Below are positions 42,975 through 54,899 of a stretch of 64,000 bases of DNA, one piece after another. The DNA comes from the human T2T-CHM13v2.0 reference genome, Homo sapiens, in NCBI RefSeq assembly GCF_009914755.1, contig NC_060937.1; one strand, written 5' to 3'. Both the position numbers and the translations under genes were made by a program. The notes below the pieces were generated by a model. The model was given only the letters and a program-made list of their open reading frames with translations. It was not told the origin of the DNA and made no database searches. Positions within the stretch are counted from its first letter, which is position 1; the number at the start of each line of letters is the position of its first letter.

Positions 42975-44624
42975 ATTTTTATTTTAGGTTTGGGGGTACA
43001 TGTGAAGTTTTGTTACATAGATAAACATGTGCCACGTGGGTTTGTTGTACATACTATTACATCACCCAGGTAATAAACTCAGTACCCAATAGTTACTTTT
43101 TCTGCTCCTCCAGCTTCTCCCCCCTCCCCACTCAAGTAGACCATAGTATCTGTTGTTTCCTTCTTTGTGTTCATAAGTTCTTATCATTTAGCTCCCACTT
43201 GTAAGTGAGAACATGCAGTATTTGGATTTCTGTCCCTGCGTTAGTATGCTAAAGACAATAGCCTCCAGCTCCATCCATGTTACCGCAAAACACATTATCT
43301 CATATTTTTTATGGCTGCATAGTACTCCATGGAGTATATGTACCACATTTTCTTTAACCAGTGTGTCATCGATGGGCATTTTGGTTGATTCCATGTCTTT
43401 GCTATTGTGAACAGTGCTGCAATGAACATGTGCATGCATGCGTCTTTATGGTAGAATGCTTTATATTCCTCTGGGTATATACTCAGTAATGGGATTTCTG
43501 GGTCGAATGGTAGTTCTGCTTTTAGCTCTTTGAGGAATTGCCATACTGCTTTCCACAATGGTTGAAACAATTTACACTCCCACCAACAGTATATAAGGGT
43601 TCCCTTTTCTCCGCAACTTTGCCAGCATCTGTTATTTTTTTACTTTTTAATAATAGCCATTCTGACTGGCATGAGGTGGTATCTCCTTGTGGTTTTGATT
43701 TGCATTTCTCTAATGATCTATGATATTGAGCATTTTTTCATATGCTTGTTGGCCACATGTATGGCTTCTTTTGAAATGTGTCTGTTCATGTTGTTTGCCT
43801 ACTTTTTAATGGGGTTGTTTTCCTCTTGTAAATTTAAATTTCTTATAGATGCTGGACATTAGACCTTTGTCAGATGCATAGTTTGGAAATACTTTCTCCC
43901 ATTCTGTAGGTTGTCTATTTACTCTGTTGATAGTATTTTTTTTTTTACTGTGCAGAAGCTCTTAAGTTTAATTAGATCCCATTTGTCAATTTTTGCTTTT
44001 GTAGCAATAGCTTTTTGTGTCTTTCTGATGAAATCTTTACCCATTCCTATATCCAGGATGGCATTGCCTAGGTTGTCTTCCAGGGTTTTTATGGTATCAG
44101 ATTTCATATTTAAGTCTTTAATTCGTCTTGAGTTGATTTTTGTATATGGAGTAAGAAAGGGGTCCAGCTTCAATCTTCTGCATATGGCTAGCCAGTTATC
44201 CCAGCATCATTTATTGAATAAGGAGTCTTTTCCTCATTGCTTGTTTTTGTCAGCTTTGTCAAAGATCATATGGTCTTAGATGTGTAGCCTTACTTCTGGG
44301 TTCTCTATTCTATTCCGTTGGTCTATGTCCTTGTTTTTGTACCAGTACCATGCTCTTTTTGGTCACTGTAGCCTTGTAGTATAGTTTGAAGTCAGATAAC
44401 ATGATTCCTCCAGCTTTGTTGTTTTTGCTTAGGAGTGTCTTGGCTATTCAGGCTCTTTTTTTGGTTCCATATAAATTTTAAAATAATTTTTTCTTGTTCT
44501 GTGAAGAATGTCATTAGTAGTTTGATAGGAATAGCGTTGAATCTGTAAATTGCTTGGGGCAGTATAGCCATTTTAATGATATTGATTCTTCCTATCCATG
44601 AGCACAGGATGCTTTTCCATTTGT
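42975..44624 (-). mobile_element. L1PA13-16-like 3' 1.65 kb (ORF2 C-terminus and 3' UTR)
   Basis: Antisense ORF2 peptides [16 protein letters not shown] and WKAVWQFLKELKAELPFDP; TSD TAAAAACATTTTT. Confidence 0.93.
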
Positions 44625-44895
44625 CATAAAAACATTTTTTAAATGAAGTAGAAAATACTAGAAAATGTCACAGTTTATTACAGAGTGGATGTAAATATCG
44701 TAGTGAAATATCTTCAGTGATGCATTGTACATGTCTGCTTTCTTCTTAGAAAGACTTTGCAATAGAGGAGCCCTAAAAAGTGGGCTCAGGAAAAGGGATG
44801 AAAAGGCCACATTTAGGCTATGTGTAGGAAGATGTGGATAACATGACGTATGTCCTAGATTAAACCTGGTAGAATTATCAAGGGAGTTACCTCTA

Positions 44896-44942
44896 ATTCT
44901 CAAAAGTGTTCCAGTTTGGGCAATAAATTATACGGTCACCCT
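44896..44942 (+). mobile_element. MER94-like 3' half
   Basis: TCTCAAAAGTGTTCCAGTTTGGGCAATAAATTATACGGTCACCCT ends in a Blackjack-type TIR. Confidence 0.6.
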
Positions 44943-45099
44943 CAAGATACTTGGCTGAATTCAGGCAATGTTAGTAAGGGCTTTAGTGCCTATAGACAAG
45001 AGTCAGACTCCAAGATTTCCCTAGAAGAGAGCCCCAGGAATGCCAGGTGGGCTATGGATAAGGGTTTATACACAGTCGTATTCTCCTGAAGTGCACAGC

Positions 45100-45584
45100 T
45101 ATGATGTGTAGTCTTATATGTCAACATGTCAGGCTCAGGTGCTGGTTATTTAATCAAAAAGAATCTAGGTGTTACTGTAGAGATATTTTGTAGATGTGGT
45201 TAACATCTATAGTCATCCTACTTGAAGTAAAGAAGATCACCCTCTGTAATGTGAGTGGGCCTCATCCCATCAGTTGAAGGCCTTACGAGTAAAAACTGAT
45301 TTTTCAGAGAAAAAGGAATTCTGCCTCAAGGCTGCAGCATGAACTCCTGCCTGAGTTTGCAGTCTGCCCTCTGCCTTAAGGATATTGGATTTCCCAGCCC
45401 CCACAACCAAGCCAGCCAATTCCTTAAAATAAATCTCCATCTCAATTGATCTGTATGTCTTCCTGTCTGTCTATACATCTGTATCTATCTATCCACCTAC
45501 ATCTCTACATATCTAGATCTAATGCCTTCATATCTAAATCTATCATCTCCTATTTATTCTGTTTCTCTGAAGAACCAATATAAT
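45100..45584 (+). mobile_element. MLT2D-like ERVL LTR
   Basis: TCTAGGTGTTACTGTAGAGATATTTTGTAGATGTGGTTAACATCTA; GTGGGCCTCATCCCATCAGTTGAAGGCCTTA. Confidence 0.85.
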
Positions 45585-45928
45585 GGCTGAGAACCAAGGC
45601 ATCACCTGGAAAAAAGGTCTGATCTTGCAGGGATCCAAGTGAAGAGAGTGAGCCCAGGCCTAGTTGTGTTAAGAGGTGAATTAATGAGACTAGAGGATGG
45701 TCACTGGGGTCCGAAGGATGGAAGGGACACACCAGTTGTCAGGCCTAGAGCTATTGTTTAACTCTTACAGGGCTAACAACACTAACAAGATACAGTGCTG
45801 GCATGAAATCCACACTTGTCCTTCTTCGAGGTTCCATGTGGCCTGTACCCTGACAGTTTCTCATGCTACAGTCAACATGTTGAAAAGCTGGGTGTGCTAC
45901 ATGTGAGAAATAAGGCATGACGGATGTG

Positions 45929-46097
45929 TGTATTAGCCAGGGTTCTCCAGAGAAACAGAGCCAATAGGCTATATGTGTATATACATACATATATATATAT
46001 ATACACACACACATAAACATATATACACATATATACATATATACATACATATATACATATATACATATATATATGTGTATATGTGTATATATATATA

Positions 46098-46142
<45 letters not shown>

Positions 46143-46520
46143 AGAGAGACAGAGACTTTAAGGAACTGGCTTATGCAGTTGTTGGGGCTGGGAAGTCTGA
46201 ATTCTGTAGAGTAAACCCACAGGCTGGAGATTCAGGTAAGGGCTGATCTTGCAGTCTCAAGTCCAAATTCCGCAGTGTGGCAGAATGGAAACTTAAGCAG
46301 GATTTCTGTCTCGGTCTTGAGGCAGAATTCCTTCTTTTTCAGGAAAACTCAGTCTTTGCTGTCAGGGTTTTTGACTGATTGGTTGAGGCTCACCGACATT
46401 ATGGAGGGTCATCTACTTTACTCAAAGTCTACTGATCTTAGCTATTAAGCACATCTACCAAATATCATCACAGCCACATCATAGCCCGGGCGAAGTTAAC
46501 ATGTGAAATTAACCATTTCA
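45929..46520 (-). mobile_element. MLT2C/D-like ERVL LTR with a (TA)n/(CA)n tract at 45970-46140
   Basis: TGTATTAGCCAGGGTTCTCCAGAGAAACAGAGCCAATAGG...AAATTAACCAT. Confidence 0.88.
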
Positions 46521-46529
46521 ACATCATAT

Positions 46530-46700
46530 GGACTTTGGACCAAGGCAGACCTGGAATGTGTGCCTACTAGCTGGGTAATTTGGGCAAAGGATCACCTCTC
46601 TAAGCCTGAGCCTTCTCATCTCTAACATGGGAGTAATAAGGATGACCTAGAACAATTGTGGAAATAATTCATTAGCTGCTCAGTAATTGGTAGATTCTGT
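46530..46700 (+). mobile_element. MIR
   Basis: GGACTTTGGA...CAGACCTGG...CTAGCTGGGTAATTTGGGCAA...CTCTCTAAGCCTGAG. Confidence 0.7.
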
Positions 46701-48419
46701 TATGACTCCATTAACTGTGTTGGGAAGGGGGAAGTGTTGGTGGAAGAAGAGAAAGTAGGGAGAGCTTGTGAGCCCAGCAAGTCGCTCCAGGAGGAAGCCG
46801 TAGCATGAGAGTGGCTGCACAGATCCCAGGCTGGAAGATGGGGCACCTACTGAGACGTGTCCCTGGGACCTGTCCTACTTGGTCACATTTCTACCAGCTA
46901 CTGAACAAGTGCACGATTACCATCTGGAGTTGCCGGCCTCTGCCTGTAAAAGAAGGACTGATCTCAATTGAGTCAGCTGAGGACACCGGGCTTCTCTCCC
47001 CTTTTGTGCCTCTCTCCTGTAACTCACACACACAGCCATGTTGTTGTTACCTCATTCCAGGACATTTGCCTGACACTAAGGAGTACTGTTTAAGCCTTAA
47101 TTCCTTTCTAGGAATGTCTAGTTGTCTGAAACACAGTGTTTTCCTAGGAAAGTAGGCCTGTGAAACAGGTCCTATTACAGTACCTCCAGCCCGGTGTGAA
47201 TGAAAACCAACAGAATTCATAAAGCAAATGAAAAATGAAATTCAGCTGCTTCAACTCCCTCGGCTAGTATCGAAATACAGGTACAGATGTATTCCTCGGA
47301 TGACACACAGCCAAATGTGACTAGAGTGTTATGATGTGTTTCTTAGGTCATAGCTGACAGGTTGCCAGGATTGCATTTGTAAGAGCAAAGAGATCAGCAT
47401 TAAATTTCTTTCCTGTTATGTAACTGCTTTCACTTAAAGGATTACTTGTACCCATACAAGAATGAGCCATGTACCTCCTTATAAAGTGCCCACGCTATCC
47501 CGCAAACTACAGACCTGCCTATGGATTTCACATGGACTCATTAGCTACTTTAATTGATGAAAGAAATGGGAAACTGCCTTCTCTTTGTGACCACATTCAA
47601 AGGCTCCCCTTTGCTTTTAGCTTTCTGGCCATTTCATTTGATTATAGAGTAATTCTGAGCCCCTAACAATACCATCAATTAACAACATGAAAGGCATGAC
47701 TATAGAGGAACATGGAGCCCCCTTTTAGTTCCCTGACACTGGTTTTTCCTCTTCTAGTTAGTTGAAAATAATTCTTGAAAAAGCATTTCAAAAGGAAACC
47801 TTTCTTTTCCTCCAAAGATTCCAAACAGGATGTTATTACTGCTTGTTCTATTACATTAGAAAACTTTATTAAAACCACCTTTCTCTAGCCTTTTAAACAG
47901 AGAAGCATGGAGCAAATTTGGCAAACACAAAAATACTTCTGTAATGATGAACAGAAATACATGTGCATTTGTAACATGAAGCATGCTCTTGTGTTTCTAA
48001 TATCTGACTCTCTTTCTATACATTATTCTCTTAGTTTCATGAAAAGATAGACCTTTCATCAAATTGAGATTTATCGCTAAACGCTTGGAATTCATGCAAC
48101 AAAATCAGGGATTGACTTCACTTCAACCAGACAGCTCCCACCTTCCAGCCTGGGTGATTCAGTATCCACATTTGCTTTATTAAATCCTGTATTCCCTAGT
48201 TTGGTGGCAAACAAGGACTAACTTACTTAACTAATTTGTAAATTGTGATTCCAGACTGTGTCAAACGGCCTTGACTAGGCTTCCCGGGCTTGGAGCAAGC
48301 CAGGTACGTGGCCCCTCTCTGAGACCTGACATGAAATTCTTCATTTATTTTCCATGATTGTCACTTTATTTGAGCTCATAGCCCTGCCCTGAATGAGTCT
48401 CTGATACGTTGAGAGTTAA

Positions 48420-48862
48420 CCTAGTATATCATTAATAACACTGAGTAGAATGCAACCACAAAACTCAGCAAAATGCAAAAATAAGTGTTTATTTAGCTCA
48501 CAGTTCCATGGGGTTCTGTGATCTGGGCTGAGCACACCTGTGTGTTTCCTGTGTGGTCAGCGGGGGGTTGGCTCACCCAGGATGGCCTCCGCTGGACGAC
48601 ACGGACTCGGCTCTGCTCCACATGTCTTTACTCTTCCAGAAGGCCAGCTCAGACATGGATGCAGCAGCCAGGACAAGGGCCGTCCTAACCACCCAAGGCT
48701 TTTCGGGCCTCTGCTTACATGATGGTGGCTGAAGTCCCACGGGCCAAGAGAAGTCGCATGGCTGACTGAGAGTCAGAGGAGGAGAAAACTGCAAAGTGAA
48801 TCGGCAAAAGTCTTGGACACAGGGAGTGGGGAGAATTGGGGCCATTTTTGTAATCTACCACA
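48420..48862 (-). mobile_element. MLT1-family LTR
   Basis: AACCACAAAACTCAGC...TTTATTTAGCTCACAG...GGCCATTTTTGTAATCTACCACA. Confidence 0.7.
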
Positions 48863-49689
48863 CTTGGTGCCTAAAGCCAAGCTTAAGAAAAGAACAGAGT
48901 GATGTGCAGGCTCAGAAGAATGAGAGAAAGCTATTTATATCTCACCTGAGCATCAGGGAAAGCTTCCTGGTGGAGGTCGCAAGTTGGACACACATCACCA
49001 CATCTTAGACGCCATCCTCCAAGAACTGTTCTTCCTCTGAAATACTAAATGGCAGAACCCCTCCACAGTCACGCCCTCACTTATGCTACACACACCCACT
49101 AAGTTCACTGAGACTTCCTCACCTGATCGTTCAGTTTTCTCTTGTTTCTCTGCAACCCTGGGGCCCTCAACTCCCTCTTGGTCTGTCCCTCTGATGCTCA
49201 GGTGCAGCAAAACCCTAGCTCAGGGTGAATCCAATAATCTGCCCCCCTTAACTTGGATGCTTTGGCTTCCTGGAGAAAACTTAGAAAACGGAGGATGAGT
49301 TATGAATTATTGCTAGTCTGCGACTTCAGCCTGCCCCTAGGCCACATTTAACAATCCCTTTACTCATGTTGGGTCATTTCCCTGCCTGCCCCAAGCGATC
49401 GTGGAAAACTTTCACTCACATGGCGAGCTCTCCACTCTTCTCTGACCAGCCCTTTATCTACCTTCTAGATTGGCAAGGAAATGGGTAATCTGCGTCAGCC
49501 ATTGCAAATTCCCGCCTGCCACATACAAAGTGTCATAGCCCTTTCCTCACTCGCTCCCTCCCCATCAGTCTCAGAAATCCAGACCCTTCTCTTATTCAAG
49601 AAAAATCTTTTCAGCCTTCTGTGTCCTTAGAGATATTGGTTCATCAGTTACCCTGTATCTCTCCTCTATCACTAATTTCCTTTTTTTTT

Positions 49690-50415
49690 TCTTACTCCTT
49701 CTACCCCCCAGTTTATAAACTGGCTCTCATCCTAACTAAACAAAATAAAATTCTATGATTCTATGTCTGCTCCGTGGCTATTGCTGTCTCTTTCCTTCTT
49801 TTATTGGCCAAGTGTGTTAAAACCCGGTCTACACTTTGTTTCCACTTGCTCCCTATTTATTTACTCTTCCAACCTTGCAACCTGGAGCACACCCCACCTT
49901 TCCTCAGAACTCCTGCCGCAAAAGTTGTCAATGATCTCATATTTTCAAATCCAAGGGATGTTTCTCAGTTCTTATCTGCCTGGTCATATCTGCTCCTTCA
50001 ATCCTGGGTACTTGGAATTTCCCTTCAACTTGAGAAATGAATTTCCTTTCATCTCCCTGAGGCTAGTGCCTGCTTTTTCTCTCCCTCCTTCCCTGATTGC
50101 TCTTTTCCTGGTGCTTTCAGGATCTGCCTCTGCTGATCCATTTACCTCTGGGGTTTTCTAGAGAGATCTCACCATGGCAGACTGTTTTTCACATTGTTTA
50201 TGTGTTTCACAGGCAATCATTCATTGCTTATGAACAAAACTACTTGCAGTTTAGTCATTTATATGTAGATGACATTCACATTTCTATTTCTAGTTTAAAC
50301 TTTTCCAAGATCTATAACCTTGTCTGTCCAACTGTTGGCTTACAGTATGGACAGAGAAGCCACAAGAGTCTTGCCGTCTATACATCCACAAATGAACTCT
50401 TCATCTCAGTTCACC
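49690..50415 (+). mobile_element. L2 fragment
   Basis: AAGTTGTCAATGATCTCATATTTTCAAATCCAAGGGATGTTTCTCAGTTCTTATCT; ATGTAGATGACATTCACATTTCTATTTCTAG. Confidence 0.65.
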
Positions 50416-50545
50416 TCCTGCTCCTCCTCCTCTTCCTTCTTCTCCTCACTCTTCATCCTGCCTCTCTTTCTCTTTCTCTTCCTCCTCATTCTCCTCCTCA
50501 TCTTCTTCTACCTGCCCTTGGTCTTCCTCCTTCTCCTTTTTCTGC
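50416..50545. repeat. (CCT/CTT)n low-complexity tract
   Basis: C/T-rich run. Confidence 0.85.
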
Positions 50546-50937
50546 AGTTACGACTAAAATGCAAATCTCATTGTCCTCTTTCAGCCATATAATTTAATTC
50601 TAAACTAACGTGTTTTGAATGGAGAAGGAATTTTAATGATTTTGAAAGTTAATCCTCGGTCATTGAAACTTTTTGAACATCTCTCTAAAGCAGCAAGTTC
50701 TCATCAGTGTTGTTAGGAATGATTAACCATCCACACGTGCTGTGTCATTGGTTGCGTAAGAACTAGCTAGACCTATTTCCTATTCACCATAAGATTACAA
50801 TTAAACGGAGACAACGTTGATAAAACTATGCATAACATTTAAATGACTACACCATCAATACCAAATGGAAATGAAGATTCTGAACTGTATAATCATGTTT
50901 GCATTATTAATTCCTGTGTGGTCAAAAGTACAGGTGA

Positions 50938-51223
50938 AGCTAGATGAGGTGGCTCACGCCTAATCCTAGCATTTTGGGAGGCCAAGGCAGGCAGATCACT
51001 TGAGGCCAAAACTTGGAGACCAGCCTGGCCAACATGGCAAAAACCCACCTCTACTAAAAAGACAAAATAATTAGCTGGGCATGGTGGCACACCCTTGTAA
51101 TCCCAGCTACTTGGGAGACTGAGAATCACTTGAATCTGGGAGGCGCAATTTGCAGTGAGCTGAGGTTGTGCCACTGCACTCCAGCCTGAGCTACAGAACG
51201 AGACTATCGAAAAAAAAAAAAAA
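50938..51223 (+). mobile_element. AluSz/J-like
   Basis: Dimer with A tail; TSD AGTACAGGTGAA. Confidence 0.92.
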
Positions 51224-51241
51224 GAGTACAGGTGAAAGTTT

Positions 51242-51771
51242 ATGATGTAGACACACAGCCCCCAGGGGGATGCTCAATCATCCCCTGGGGTAATCCCTTC
51301 TCCTGATTCTCCTGAGTGTTGGCCGTGGCTGTGATGCAATCCTAACCCACAGAACATGGCAGAGATGATTGGAAGTCACTGCTGTGATTAAGCTGTGCTA
51401 CATGACATTACAGCTGGCCAGCACTCAGGGGCTAGGGATTGGATTCCTCTCATCAACTGCTAAAGTAGGCAGTCACAATGTGAGAGGCCCACCTGGCAAG
51501 AAACCGTGGATGATCTCTTGTAGTGGGGGTCTATAGCTAGAAGAAACTCTATTCTGCCAATAGCCAGTGAGCTTGGAGGAGGCCTGGAGCCTCAGACAAG
51601 GCTGCAACCCCAGGTGACATTGTGATTCCAGCCTTGTGAGACTCTGAGTAGAGAACCCACTTGAGCGTTGCCCAGATTCTTAACCTACAGAAGCCATGAG
51701 ATAATAAATGGGTGCTGTTTTAATTCACTAAACTTGTGGCAATTTGTTACACAGCAGTAGCTAACTAACAC
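51242..51771 (+). mobile_element. MLT1E/F-like LTR
   Basis: CAGCCTTGTGAGACTCTGAGTAGAGAACCCA...TGAGATAATAAATGGGTGCTGTTTTAA...TTTGTTACACAGCAGTAGCTAACTAACACA. Confidence 0.85.
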
Positions 51772-52945
51772 AGACCATCGAGTTTGAAGATCCATATATC
51801 ATGAGAAGTTAAAAATAGCTAACTCTTCAATCCTACAAAAAATTTCAAAACTGATGCAAATTAGATGATAATTATTCTTCTAAGAGTTTATATTAGGAGA
51901 GAAGCAGTGCAAAGGAATTTGGAGACCCAAAAGGTAGTCCCTCGTTTTTCATTACAGATTTAAGGCTGCTATAAAAATGCATGCAGTGCAAAATTAACAT
52001 ATAATTTAAAATGCCAGTGAAGAAAATGATGTAGAGGAAAAGACAAAGGCACGGAAGCACGGTGAGCCTGGAGGATGTGAGACTTCTGTGTCAGTCTGGG
52101 GTGAGGACCTGTGTTGTTGCTGCAGACACCATGCACTGGCTGTACATCTTGTACAATGTAATGAAAGAGAACTGACGTCAGTGCAGTGTCCATCAGATTT
52201 TAAAATACATACAAACATAATTCCTTTGGAGAAACATAACATTCCCGGTTCAAAAACCAAGGAGATGCCTCTTGTGTGGTGTTTAATCTAAGAACACCAC
52301 AGAAGCAACATAAAAGTTACTGACTGGCCTTTTCCCTCTTTCTAGAATTGGTGACTAGGAGCCCATTTTAAAGAAAACGAAGTTAAGAATACTAAAGCCA
52401 AAAAGGCATGCAACTGGAGTGAGAAGCTCTCCCTTTTTGGTTTATAAAAAGGTGAGATCTGCCAGTGTAGGTGTTCCCACCACCACACTAACTCCTCACC
52501 ACCCAGGAAGATTAGCTACAGAGGAACCAGAGGGCCACAGAGACTTGGAAATGCAAGAAAGAACAATGGAGTGATAGGATGGGGTCAGGACACAAACCTA
52601 GTTGAGGGTGCTGTGGTGTTTCTTCTCCTCCTACAACAACTGAAATAAAGAGACTTCCAAGAGCACCCTCCAAAGAACACTGGGAGAGACTTGGAGGCCT
52701 ACAGGGAGGGGAGCCTAACATCTCCTCCCTTGATTCAGCAGACCAGTGGCTCCATGAAGATTTCCCATGGACATGGTGGCTGATACAAACAGCTTTAAGG
52801 GAATAAACTTTCAGGTCCTCAACTTCCATATATACTCTTTCCAAAATCTCATCTGCCAAAGAAACATATGATCACCATCATTTGGGATGATCTCAATCAT
52901 CCCAAGTATTACTGTAGATTTTCATGAGGTACAAAAACCTCCAGG

Positions 52946-53588
52946 AGGAACACTTATACAGTCACTGTTGGTGAGAGTGTAAATAGTTCGACCATTGTGG
53001 AAGACAGTGCAGCAATTCCTCAAAGACCTAAAGACAGAAATACCATTTGACCCAGCAATCCCATTACTGGGTATATAACCAAAGGCATATAGATCATTCT
53101 ATCATAAGGACATACGCATGTGTATGTTTATTGCAGCACCATTCACAATAGCAAAGACCTGGAATCAACCTAAAGTCCCATCCACGGTAGACTGGATAAA
53201 GAAAATGTGATACATATACATCATGGAATACTATGCATCCATAAAAAAGAATGAGATCGTGTCCTTTGCAGGAACATGGATGGAGCTGGAGGCCATTATC
53301 CTTAGTAACCTAATGTAGTAACAGAAAACAAATACCACGTGTTCTCACTTATAAGTGAGAGCTAAATGATGAGAACACATGAACACACATGGGAAAAACA
53401 CACTGAGGGCTATTGGAGGGTGGAGGGTGGGAGAAAGGAGAGGATCAGGAAAAACTAATGCATACTAGGCTTAATACCCAGGTGATGAAATAATCTGTAA
53501 AACAAACCTCCACGACAAAAGTTTACTGATATAACAAATCTGCACATGTACCCCTGAACTTAAAATATAAGTTAAATAAATAAATAAT
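52946..53588 (+). mobile_element. L1PA (about PA8-13) 5'-truncated 3' end
   Basis: AGAAATACCATTTGACCCAGCAATCCCATTACTGGGTATAT...CCCCTGAACTTAAAAT; TSD AAAAAC(C/T)TCCAGG. Confidence 0.93.
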
Positions 53589-53699
53589 AAAAACTTCCAG
53601 GGCACTCCAACAAGGGACCATCTGAGAAAGAACCCCTCCTGAGATAGAACACCTTGAAAGACAACCAAGTTGAGCTATTGGTTATGAGTCCACTTACGC

Positions 53700-54414
53700 T
53701 GCTCTCCCAAGATATCCTAGACTGGGAGACTTCTAAACAACAGAAATGTCTTTCTCATAATTCTGAGGCTGGAAAGTCCAAGATTAAAGAGCTAGAAGCT
53801 TTGGGGTCTGGTGAGAGCCCCACTTCCTGGTTCGTAAAATGGCAGCTTCTGCTGCATCCTCACATGGTGGAAGGGGAGAATGGTCCCTGTTGAGCCTCTT
53901 TTACAAGGGTGCTGATATGGTTCGGCTGTGTCTCCATCCAAATCTCATCTTGAATTGCAGCTCTCATAATTCCCACATGTCGTGGGAGAGACCCAGTGGG
54001 AGGTAATTGAATCATGGGGGCAGGTCTTTCTTGTGCTGTTCTTTTGATAGTGAATTAGTCTCAAGAAATCTGATGCTTTTATAAAGGGGGGTTCCCCTGC
54101 ACAAGCTCTCTTGCCTGCCACCATGTAAGATGTGACTTTCCTCCTCCTTTGTCTTCTGCCATGATTGTGAGGCCTCCCCAGCCATGTGGAATTGTGAGTC
54201 AATTAAATCTCTTTCCTTTATAAATTACCCAGCCTTAGGTATGTTTTTATTAGCAGCATGAGAATGGACTAATACAAGCACTAATCCCATTCATGCGGGC
54301 TCCACCCTCATGACCTAACCACATCCTAAAAGATTCTGCTTCCTCACACCATCACCCTGGGGTTAGTATTCAACATAGGAATTCTGGAGTGACATCAACC
54401 TTCAGACCATAGCA
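53700..54414 (-). mobile_element. MLT1A-like LTR interrupted by THE1
   Basis: AAACAACAGAAATG...GAGGCTGGAAAGTCCAAGAT; resumes CACTAATCCCATTCATG...TTCAGACCATAGCA. Confidence 0.85.
53913..54276 (+). mobile_element. THE1 (C/D-like) LTR
   Basis: TGATATGGTTCGGCTGTGTC...CAAATCTCATCTTGAATTG...GAATGGACTAATACA. Confidence 0.92.
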
Positions 54415-54899
54415 TTGTGTAAGAGTTATTAAAGGAATAAAGCCCTTATTTCATCCAAGTGATGAGCCACTGTTTACTGTCTTCTGATGTGCTTTCTGTC
54501 TTTCTGTCTATTTGTCTGTCATCTTTCTTAGAATTAGAATTCAAGATTGAGAGGTCCATTATAGATTTGCATGTTAACACAATTTATTTAAAAATGAAAT
54601 GATGTAAAACATGTCTTTGCAGAGAATAAGTCTAGTTAGGCAAACCAGCTCAACAATGAGGAATAGATTATATGGTGGTCATTTTCAAAGACTAAATCAG
54701 CTAAAATCAGCAGCTTCAAAGTTTTGCTGAAAATATATTTTAATCAAGTCCACAGGGGGCTTTCCAACCAGTAGACTGGGGATGAGGAGAAAATAACCCA
54801 GAGGCTTTAACATACAGGTGCAGACCTACATGAAGAGCCCCAGGAAAGTTAATTCTATACACAAAAGATCCCCTGACTTAGTCTTTTAGCAAGAGGAGA

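Noticed and set aside
50097-50597. 166-aa Leu-rich ORF
   Set aside because: L2 remnant plus CT low-complexity sequence
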